Assembly (NCBI GenBank): GCA_963704755.1
Contig: OY969938.1
Coordinates: 1,530,001-1,562,000, forward strand
Origin: an uncultured Chloroflexia bacterium
Lineage (GTDB): Bacteria; Chloroflexota; Anaerolineae; Anaerolineales; Anaerolineaceae
Direction: 5' to 3'
Length of the DNA: 32,000 nucleotides
In this document: one piece after another, positions 7,553 through 14,554 of the stretch
Layout of the letters: each line of letters starts with the position of its first letter
Position numbering within the stretch: position 1 is the stretch's first letter
Translations under genes and position numbers: made by a program
The notes under the pieces: model-generated
The model's database searches: none
What the model was told of the DNA's origin: nothing
The model's input: the letters and a program-made list of their open reading frames with translations, nothing else

Positions 7553-8239
7553 TCACGGTTCGAAGCGATAGCCCACCCCCCATATGGTCACCAGGTGGCG
7601 TGGATTGGCCGAATCCTGCTCGATTTTCTCGCGCAGCCGGCGGATGTGCACTGTGACCGTGCTCGGATCGATGTATTCAGCCAGCCCCCAAATCGATTCG
7701 AGCAGTTGGTCGCGGGTAAACACCTGGCGGGGGTGGCGGGCCAGGTGCAAGAGCAGGTCGAATTCTCGCGCGGTCAGGTTGATTTCTTTGCTGTTGACGC
7801 ATACCACCCGCGTCTGCGGATCGATGCTCAGGTCGTTGTGCGTCAGCGGTGTGGAAGGCTTTTCCACCGGCGGCGTCGTCCGGCGCAGCACAGCCCGCAC
7901 CCGGCTGACCAGCTCCTGGGGGCTGAATGGCTTGGTCACGTAATCGTCCGCGCCGATCTCCAGCCCGGCGATACGATCCATCTCGGAAGAGCGCGCGGTC
8001 AGCATGATGATCGGCACGTCGCTGCGCGCCCGCAGCCAGTCGGTGATCTCCAACCCGCTCGCGCCTGGCAGCATCAGGTCCAGGATGAGCAGGTCCGGCA
8101 GCTTTGTTTCCAGTTCGGCTAATGCCAGGTGGCCGTCGGCAATGACGGTCACCTGGAAGCCGGCCCGCCGCAAATACAGACTGACCACCTCACCCACGCT
8201 GGGTTCGTCCTCGACTACCAGAATATTTGTCTCGTTCAT
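7553..8239 (-). CDS. OmpR/PhoB-family response regulator
   Basis: The receiver domain starts MNETNILVVEDE, with LILDLMLPG and DDYVTKPF. The C-terminal winged helix ends VGYRF. The start was moved to ATG 8239; the 5' extension in the ORF track overlaps msrQ. Confidence 0.9.
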   Translation of the reverse strand: MNETNILVVEDEPSVGEVVSLYLRRAGFQVTVIADGHLALAELETKLPDLLILDLMLPGASGLEITDWLRARSDVPIIMLTARSSEMDRIAGLEIGADDYVTKPFSPQELVSRVRAVLRRTTPPVEKPSTPLTHNDLSIDPQTRVVCVNSKEINLTAREFDLLLHLARHPRQVFTRDQLLESIWGLAEYIDPSTVTVHIRRLREKIEQDSANPRHLVTIWGVGYRFEP

Positions 8240-8916
8240 GCCAGTTTTTCCCGTACCGGAGTTGCTTTGCGAAAGGGTCCGCGGAACCGCCGCACGAAGC
8301 GCTGCCCGACACCCGAAAGGGTCTTCCGCACTGCCGGGATACGCATGACCATGAAGATCGTCAGCGCGATCACCGCCAGCAGGGGCTTCCAGATATTCCC
8401 GCGCAGGGCCAGCAGGTTGCCTTTGACCACCCAGGCCAGGTGCAGCACAGCCGCTCCGGCGGCAAAATAGACCAGGGTGTGCAATTTCTTCCAGCCTTTG
8501 CGTAATTTTTTCTGCCACCAGACGTGCGAGGTGATGGTTAGCGGCACCATCAGCAGAATGGCAGATATCCCGGCGATCATGTAAGGCTTGTCAGCGATCG
8601 AGGCATAGATCTGGGGAAAGTCAAAACTGTAATCCCAGCCCGTGTAGGCCAACAGGTGTAAAGTGGCGTAGAAGAAAGCGTAGAGACCCAGCGGCCGGCG
8701 CAGCTTGAGCAGTTCCGGGATCTTGAAGATCGTATTGAGTGGCGTACAGGCCAGCGAGAGCAGCAGAATGACGATGGCAATGTCGCCGGTGCGTTGTTGG
8801 GCCATCTGGATCGGGTTGATGCCCAGGTAACCGTTATAGTAGGCGATCACCAGGACGATCAGCGGCAGGATGGCCAGGATGTGGGTAGCAATGTGCAGTT
8901 TTGACCAGTGTTTCAT
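8236..8916 (-). CDS. msrQ: MsrQ (YedZ-type haem-binding membrane subunit of the MsrPQ methionine sulfoxide reductase)
   Basis: Six-TM ferric-reductase-like protein with conserved His residues in the helices (THILAILP, YATLHLLAY, AAVLHLAW). It lies directly downstream of msrP with a 3-nt gap. Its TGA overlaps the response regulator ATG (ATGA at 8236-8239). Confidence 0.8.
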   Translation of the reverse strand: MKHWSKLHIATHILAILPLIVLVIAYYNGYLGINPIQMAQQRTGDIAIVILLLSLACTPLNTIFKIPELLKLRRPLGLYAFFYATLHLLAYTGWDYSFDFPQIYASIADKPYMIAGISAILLMVPLTITSHVWWQKKLRKGWKKLHTLVYFAAGAAVLHLAWVVKGNLLALRGNIWKPLLAVIALTIFMVMRIPAVRKTLSGVGQRFVRRFRGPFRKATPVREKLA

Positions 8917-8919
8917 GAC

Positions 8920-9876
8920 TTAGAAATTCGCTTTCAGGTCCATATTCGAATACATTTGGGCGACCTGGTCGCTGTAACCGTTGAACATCAAGGTGTCGAT
9001 CCGGTGTGTCTCGCCGATACGCCGTTCGGTAGCCTGTGACCAGCGCGGGTGCGGCACATTCGGGTTGACGTTGGCAAAAAAGCCGTATTCGTTGAAGGCG
9101 ATCGCCGGCCAGAAGGTCTGCGGCATGTCTGCCACAAACTCGATCTTGACCAGGGATTTGCCGCTCTTGAATCCGTACTTCCAGGGTACCACCTCTCGTA
9201 CCGGCGCGCCATCCTGGGCCGGCAGGTCTTTGCCATACAGGCCGGTGACCAGCAGGGTCAGGTCATTCATGGCCTCGTCCATACGCAGCCCTTCGACGTA
9301 GGGGAAGGGATAAAACGGGCTGCTCAGGCCGGGCATATTTTTGGGATCATCCACAGTGGTGAACTTGACGTACTTGGCGCTGGCCATGGGGTCCACCTCT
9401 TTGATCAGCAGGTTGAGCGGAAAACCGTTCCAGGGGATGACCATCGACCAGGCCTCCACGCAGCGCAGGCGGTATACCCGTTCTTCGATAGGGAACTTGC
9501 GCAGGTCGTCGATGCTGTAGGTCTTGGGGTTCTGCACCAGGCCGGAGACTTCCACCTGCCAGGGTGAGGTCGGAAAATTGGCTGCCAGGTCGGCTACCGC
9601 GCTTTTGCTCTCACTGAACTCGTAATAGTTGTTGTAATGGGTGATGTCGTAGTAGGTGTTAGCCGGCGAGCCCAGTTCATCGGTCAGGCCCTGCTGGTCG
9701 GTGGGCAGATCGGTTTCTTGCGAATTATCCCCTGCCGCTGGCGGCACGCCACAAGCGGCCAGGGCCACGCTGATCCCGGCTGTGGCGGCCAGTTTCATGA
9801 ATTTACGCCGGTTGAGATACAGGAACTCCGGAGTGATCTCCGAAGAAGGGATTTTAGGAAAACTCATTTTTGCCAT
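8920..9876 (-). CDS. msrP: MsrP (YedY-type molybdopterin methionine sulfoxide reductase catalytic subunit) with Tat signal and lipobox
   Basis: The twin-arginine motif NRRKFMKLAA is followed by LAAC|G. The body matches the YedY/sulfite-oxidase fold (YYEF, RLRCVEAWSMVIPWNGFPL, GFKSxKSLxxI). GAGG lies 7 nt before ATG 9876. ATG 9894 and ATG 9867 are alternative starts. Confidence 0.8.
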   Translation of the reverse strand: MAKMSFPKIPSSEITPEFLYLNRRKFMKLAATAGISVALAACGVPPAAGDNSQETDLPTDQQGLTDELGSPANTYYDITHYNNYYEFSESKSAVADLAANFPTSPWQVEVSGLVQNPKTYSIDDLRKFPIEERVYRLRCVEAWSMVIPWNGFPLNLLIKEVDPMASAKYVKFTTVDDPKNMPGLSSPFYPFPYVEGLRMDEAMNDLTLLVTGLYGKDLPAQDGAPVREVVPWKYGFKSGKSLVKIEFVADMPQTFWPAIAFNEYGFFANVNPNVPHPRWSQATERRIGETHRIDTLMFNGYSDQVAQMYSNMDLKANF

Positions 9877-10041
9877 TTTCTCGCCTCGTTCCATTAATAA
9901 ACTGATCCAATATATCCTGATTGTACATTAATCAGACCGTCCTGGTCGCGATAAGCTCACTTATAAGCCCTTGGAGGATTGTGGTTGTAAACGCGCTTCG
10001 CACGTTTCCAACCGCAATATTGAGAAGTATTAAGTGCTCCT

Positions 10042-10635
10042 TCACGATATCGGGCCGGGTTCGGCCAGCAGCTTTTGGATGGCCGCTTCGGTAGTTGCAT
10101 AGCTGCCTTCGCCGACGTGGGTGTAGCGGATGTGCCCGTCTTTGTCGATCAGGTACAGGCTGGGCCAGAAGTGATTGTCGTAGGCCCGCCAGGTAGCCCC
10201 GTCATTATCCTGGGTGACCGCGTAGCGGATATCCTCATCGGCGACGGCCTGCTTCAGGTTATCCAGGTCCTTCTCGAAAGAGAATTCCGGATAATGATTG
10301 GCGATGATCACCAGGCCCTGGTCGTGATAAGTGCTGTACCAGTCCTTTAAGGAAGGGATCACGTGCTGGCAGTTGATACAGCCAAACGTCCACATTTCCA
10401 GCAGCACCACCTTCCCGCGCAAATCCGCCAGGCGCAGGGGCTGATCGGTGTTGATCCATACATCGTTGGTCAGCTCGGGAGCCGCACCCAGGTCCGGCAG
10501 ATCGGCTGCGGCGGTCGCTGCGGTGGCCACCGCCTGGGCCGACGTCAGATTAGGGCTGGTATCCGCTGCCGGCTGGCCGGCGGCACAACCCGCCAGGAGG
10601 AAAGTTCCGACCAACAACCAGATGGTTTTTTTCAT
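10042..10635 (-). CDS. DipZ/TlpA-like redoxin lipoprotein (CINC active site)
   Basis: The signal peptide has lipobox LLAGC. The core is LLEMWTFGCINCQHVIP...HYPEFSFE...WPSLYLIDKDGHIRYTHVGEGSY, typical of the DipZ C-terminal thioredoxin domain. GGAGGTG lies just upstream of ATG 10635. Confidence 0.8.
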   Translation of the reverse strand: MKKTIWLLVGTFLLAGCAAGQPAADTSPNLTSAQAVATAATAAADLPDLGAAPELTNDVWINTDQPLRLADLRGKVVLLEMWTFGCINCQHVIPSLKDWYSTYHDQGLVIIANHYPEFSFEKDLDNLKQAVADEDIRYAVTQDNDGATWRAYDNHFWPSLYLIDKDGHIRYTHVGEGSYATTEAAIQKLLAEPGPIS

Positions 10636-10704
10636 GCTCACCTCCATCGATAGACTTCCAATCCGATAAATCCAAGGACCTCTGGGATCTACCGTGGAAG
10701 AAGT

Positions 10705-10755
10705 TATAGATGGGGGTTATGCGAGCGCATCGCGCACGCATAACCCCCATCTATA
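10705..10755. repeat. Perfect 19-bp-stem palindrome
   Basis: tatagatgggggttatgcg (10705-10723) pairs with cgcataacccccatctata (10737-10755) across a 13-nt loop. It lies in the divergent intergenic region. Confidence 0.85.
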
Positions 10756-11001
10756 CAACCCATCTCCGAAAATCATCTTGTGTATTGGGTGTTTCTAAAT
10801 AGATGCCAAATCGGATTGAATTTATCTTATCGTCTAAACCTTAAAGCAAGGCAAAGAGAATATTACGAAATCATTACAGAAAACCCGTCTCGTTCAGGTT
10901 TCTGTAAGAGAAAATTAAAGTCCGCGTAATAGTATTTTGTCATGATGAAGGAGCACTTCAATAATTTAATCCAAGCACCTGCTCGGCCGGATGGGAAGGA
11001 C

Positions 11002-11056
11002 TACGAATTTGAGTGGTCGGTGTGGGTTTTGCTCACGCAAACCACTCAAATTCGTA
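11002..11056. repeat. Core-1 variant palindrome, stand-alone
   Basis: tacgaatttgagtggt (11002-11017) pairs with accactcaaattcgta (11041-11056). It is related to the ccgaatttgaggtg core, with matching substitutions in both arms. Confidence 0.75.
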
Positions 11057-11111
11057 AATTCCAGGCATGAGCCCGATTAATTGGGAATACAATTGAATAA
11101 GGAGTAAAGAG

Positions 11112-11927
11112 ATGCGAAAAGGATTATTTGTAATTGTTTTGTTGTCATTGGCCCTGGCTGCCTGCCAGGCCACTCCCCAGCCGGCCAGCAGCACCGAGGC
11201 CATGATGAGCGCAGGCGCGACCAGCACCACAGCGATGATGGGAACCACGCCAGAAACCGCCATGGGGACCGAGGCTATGGGTAATGAAAGCATGGGCACG
11301 GAAACCATGGGAACCGAGGCCATGGGGACCGAGGCCATGGGAACCGAGGCCATGGGCACGGAAGCTATGGGCACGCAAGCCATGGGCACGCAAGCGATGG
11401 GAACGCAAGCGATGGGAACCGACACTATGGGCGCCACTGCCGATATGTCGATGGGTGAGACGATGGTCACCGGGACGCCGGATTTCTTCAGCACCGACCT
11501 GACCGACGTGACCAGCGGGGATACCTTCAGCCTGGCGTCCATGCAGGGTAAGGTCATTGTGGTGGAAGATATGGCACAGTGGTGCCCCACCTGCCTGGAC
11601 CAGCAGAAGCAGATCAAGGCCTTCCTCGAGCAAATGGGTATGCCGGCCGACCTGGTTGTGGTCAGCCTGGATATTGACCCCAACGAGAACGCCGCCACTC
11701 TCAAGAATTACGTGGCCACCAACGGCTTTGGCTGGCATTATGCCGTCGCCCCTGCGGCCGTGACCCGCGAGATCAGTGACAAGTTTGGCGCAGAATTCCT
11801 CAACCCGCCTTCGACCCCCATGTTCGTCATCGACCGTCACGGCGCAGTACAACTGCTGCCCTTCGGCGTCAAATCCGCCGACGACCTGGCCAAAACCGTC
11901 CAGCCTCTGCTCGACGCGGGAATGTAA
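11112..11927 (+). CDS. Thioredoxin-fold (TlpA/redoxin-like, WCPTC) lipoprotein with an N-terminal methionine-rich repeat region
   Basis: AAGGAG at 11099-11104 precedes ATG 11112. The lipobox is LALAAC. Residues 31-120 contain 19 Met, including 12 tandem MGT[EQ][AT]-type pentapeptides. The redoxin core is VIVVEDMAQWCPTC...VVVSLD...PMFVIDRHG. Confidence 0.8.
   Translation: MRKGLFVIVLLSLALAACQATPQPASSTEAMMSAGATSTTAMMGTTPETAMGTEAMGNESMGTETMGTEAMGTEAMGTEAMGTEAMGTQAMGTQAMGTQAMGTDTMGATADMSMGETMVTGTPDFFSTDLTDVTSGDTFSLASMQGKVIVVEDMAQWCPTCLDQQKQIKAFLEQMGMPADLVVVSLDIDPNENAATLKNYVATNGFGWHYAVAPAAVTREISDKFGAEFLNPPSTPMFVIDRHGAVQLLPFGVKSADDLAKTVQPLLDAGM
11262..11441 (+). repeat. In-frame 15-bp tandem repeat, 12 units, inside the CDS
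   Basis: Units of the form atggg[a/c/g]ac[c/g]ga[g/a]gc[c/t] start every 15 nt from 11262 to 11427. Confidence 0.95.
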
Positions 11928-11933
11928 AAAACT

Positions 11934-12087
11934 TGTGTCAAGTGTCGGGGGTCACGAAGTGCTTCCGTGTTACAGTGTTACAGTGATCCAGTGCCTTGGG
12001 GTTGCAAGCGAGCACACGATAAACCAACTCACTGAAAAACGGAAACACTGAAACACCGAGACACGCCGTGACACCCGATACCTGACC
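11934..12087. repeat. S2-family foldback (imperfect inverted repeat of GT-rich and CA-rich satellite arms)
   Basis: The left arm (about 11934-11995) reads gtgtcaagtgtcgggggtcacg...gtgttacagtgttacagtg. The right arm (about 12021-12087) reads ...cggaaacactgaaacaccgagacacgccgtgacacccgatacc. The left arm shares gtgtcaagtgtcggg with 26325-26339. Confidence 0.7.
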
Positions 12088-12140
12088 CTTGATACTCTTT
12101 CCCAACACCCGGCACTTAATCTTCGAAACGAGATGGCCCT

Positions 12141-12815
12141 ATGTTTACCAACGCCCTCACTTCTATCACCATCGGCCTGCTGGCTACCACCAGCCCGTGC
12201 GTTTTTCCGCTCTACCCGGGCTACCTGGCCTACCTGAGCGGCGGGCAGGAGTCGTTACAGCACAGCAAAGGCCGTTACCTGCTCGGCTTCCTGGTCCTGG
12301 CCGGGGTGTTGACTATGATGGTCGCCCTGGGCGGGCTGATTGCCGCCCTGGCCATCCCCATCGGCAGCGCCTTGGCTGTGGTGGTTCCCCTGGCCGACGC
12401 CCTGATCTTCGCCCTAGGCATCCTGCTGCTGCTCGACAAGAACCCCTTCAAGGCCCTGCCGACCCTGCAGGCACCGGTCGTGTCCAACCCCTATTTCAAC
12501 GCCTATATCTACGGGCTACTCTACGGACCGATCGCCTTACCCTGCTCAGGCCCCCTGGTTGTCAGTATCTTCGCCATCTCGCTTTCGGCCGCGGATGCCA
12601 TCGGGCGATTGACCGTTTTCCTGTGGTTCGGCCTCGGGTTTGGCCTGCCGCTGCTGGCCCTATCCTTCCTGGCCGGCGCCACCCAGCGCTGGATCACCCG
12701 CCAGTTTGCCCTGCACAGCCTCTGGATCAACCGGGTCGCCGGCCTGCTCCTGGTCGGCATCGGGATCATCGATTTTGTGACCAATTGGCCTTTTTTGAAG
12801 GCCGCCTGGTTTTAA
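12141..12815 (+). CDS. ccdA: CcdA/DsbD-family transmembrane thiol:disulfide electron transporter
   Basis: Six-TM protein with the two conserved Cys-Pro motifs (TSPCVFPLYPGYL and LPCSGPLV). Confidence 0.85.
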   Translation: MFTNALTSITIGLLATTSPCVFPLYPGYLAYLSGGQESLQHSKGRYLLGFLVLAGVLTMMVALGGLIAALAIPIGSALAVVVPLADALIFALGILLLLDKNPFKALPTLQAPVVSNPYFNAYIYGLLYGPIALPCSGPLVVSIFAISLSAADAIGRLTVFLWFGLGFGLPLLALSFLAGATQRWITRQFALHSLWINRVAGLLLVGIGIIDFVTNWPFLKAAWF

Positions 12816-12820
12816 AAAGC

Positions 12821-12861
12821 GGGTGTTTTGTGTGTGTGCTCCGCACACACACAAAACACCC
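12821..12861. terminator. Core-2 variant perfect palindrome, probable terminator of ccdA
   Basis: gggtgttttgtgtgtgtgc (12821-12839), loop tcc, then gcacacacacaaaacaccc (12843-12861). It starts 6 nt after the ccdA stop. The downstream T-tract (ctttcc) is only weak. Confidence 0.55.
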
Positions 12862-12895
12862 TTTCCACGTAGAATTGCTTGGCAATCAAGAAATA

Positions 12896-12934
12896 AAGGG
12901 CTATTTTGCCGGTGATACCGGCAAAATAGCCCTT
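12896..12934. repeat. Perfect 18-bp-stem palindrome
   Basis: aagggctattttgccggt, loop gat, then accggcaaaatagccctt. Confidence 0.85.
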
Positions 12935-12967
12935 CTTCATTTGTACCTGTTCAGCCTAACGAGAAAG

Positions 12968-12987
12968 AACCCCGAATTTGAGGGGTT
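12968..12987. repeat. Collapsed core-1 remnant hairpin
   Basis: aacccc-gaatttga-ggggtt retains the ccgaatttgagg signature. It lies 13 nt downstream of the stop of the minus-strand membrane protein gene and is followed by a T/C-rich run on that strand. Confidence 0.5.
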
Positions 12988-12999
12988 ACGCACTTTTAA

Positions 13000-13740
13000 T
13001 TACCTGCGCCGGAAAACGCCCAGCAAAATGGTTGCACCGACCAGGATAAGCAGGGTCGGTCCCAGCAGGTTCCAGTTGAGGCCCAGAAAGGCCACTGCCC
13101 CGGTCGCCCCGGTCAGCAGGCCAAAGAACACCAGCGAGATGACCGAACCATTGACGCGCTGTTGGCGTACGGCCACGATCAGTGCATTGATGATTGCGCC
13201 GACGGCCGGGATGAAAATGCCAACCGCCCACCATTGGTAAGGACCAAAGTAGGTTTGCAGGGTGAACCAATTTAAGTTTTTGCCCAGGAAACCCGCGCCA
13301 ACGTACATCACGCCCAATCCCAGCCAGAAAGCCATGTTGATCAGCCCGGTGCCTTTGTGTTTCTGGCCGGTCTCGATCCCGTCCAGCAGCAGGGCAAAAC
13401 CGGGCACAATGACCATCAGCGGCCACCAGTAAAACCAGTCCAGCCCGAACAGGAACATAAACGCCACCGTGAAGATGACCAGCGCCGAACCAAAGGCGCC
13501 CAGCGTACCGGCCGTCACCCGGCCGTGTTTTTGTACATCATAAACGGCCCCGCTGAGGGTGCCAAATGCCGGAACCAGGATAAACAGGGCCCACCAGTTA
13601 TAGCTCGGGCCAAGCCAACCGGCCTGTTGGGCAAAAATGATCAGCCCGCCCAGGATCAAAACCAGGCCCCACCAGGCGCCGCCCAGGGGTCGTTTGGTGA
13701 CCTTGCGGTCCTCGTCTGAATAAGAAGTTGGTTGTTCCAT
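13000..13740 (-). CDS. Polytopic membrane protein of unknown function
   Basis: 246 aa with about 8 hydrophobic, Trp/Gly-rich segments and internally repetitive architecture. I did not recognise a family. Confidence 0.55.
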   Translation of the reverse strand: MEQPTSYSDEDRKVTKRPLGGAWWGLVLILGGLIIFAQQAGWLGPSYNWWALFILVPAFGTLSGAVYDVQKHGRVTAGTLGAFGSALVIFTVAFMFLFGLDWFYWWPLMVIVPGFALLLDGIETGQKHKGTGLINMAFWLGLGVMYVGAGFLGKNLNWFTLQTYFGPYQWWAVGIFIPAVGAIINALIVAVRQQRVNGSVISLVFFGLLTGATGAVAFLGLNWNLLGPTLLILVGATILLGVFRRR

Positions 13741-13918
13741 TAGATACGCTCACTTTACCTGAATCCCGGGCCAGCCCGGGGATTAAATAGATCATTGGAT
13801 GCCTATGATTTGTATACGCAAGAATCCCGGCCGGGTTTCAAGGTAGCTCGGGTTTCAAACCCGAGTTTCTTCGGTTGCCACGATAAATAGCGCATCAGAG
13901 AGGCTCCTGCCATTGTTC

Positions 13919-13956
13919 GGGCCGGTCTCCAGACCGAGCCCGCTCTTATCGTCCGG
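13919..13956. repeat. Dispersed 38-bp repeat (copy 2)
   Basis: 35/38 identical to 2306-2343. Confidence 0.8.
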
Positions 13957-14002
13957 TGGTTGATAACCTATGAACGCACGGCAAAGCGCCTTAACGGTCC
14001 CG

Positions 14003-14228
14003 GATGTTGGATTGGGTCATGCCCAGGTTGATTTTGCGCCTGGTGGCCAAATGAGTTTTGCCTATGTTCGTCCCGGACCCTCCGCAGCGCCGGCCGAGGC
14101 CGCTTTTATCGTTCGGCAGGCAATAAATTTTGAACGCGTAGAATTTGTACCCTCAATGTTGGGTTAGGGGCACGCCCAGGCCGATTGAGCGCCTGGTGGT
14201 CAAACGTTGTGTGTTCGTCCGCCCCCAA
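14003..14228. repeat. Two direct copies of an approximately 75-bp repeat
   Basis: Copies at 14003-14080 and 14155-14228 share gttgg.ttgggg..a.gcccagg..gatt..gcgcctggtgg.caaa.g...gttcgtcc. A related inverted fragment forms the hairpin at 14284-14324. Confidence 0.7.
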
Positions 14229-14525
14229 CCCAACCTACGCCTGCGTTTCAACTGGCTATACGCATTACATTTCCCCGTTTAAATGTCAAACGCCTGGGTG
14301 AGGGGGGCACCCAAACGTTTGACAACCTAATCTTAGCATGAAAGCCCCAGGATTGCAATGATATTGGTTTGCTTTTTGTATAAGGTTTTTTCTTAATCCC
14401 CTTTTCGACTTGGTTACAATCCTGCTTTTATCTATAATTAAAGAGCCTGGATGATGCCCGATGCAAGCGATTTGCGCAGCCCAATCGCCCGCGAAGCCCC
14501 CAACAAAAATTACCCTTTCGGTAAA

Positions 14526-14554
14526 TTGACTCACTTTCCAGAACATGCTATGAT
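14526..14554 (+). promoter_or_regulatory. Sigma-70-type promoter of the ECF transporter operon
   Basis: TTGACT (14526-14531), a 17-nt spacer, then TATGAT (14549-14554) with an extended -10 TG at 14546-14547. It lies about 140 nt upstream of the start at 14703. Confidence 0.6.
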
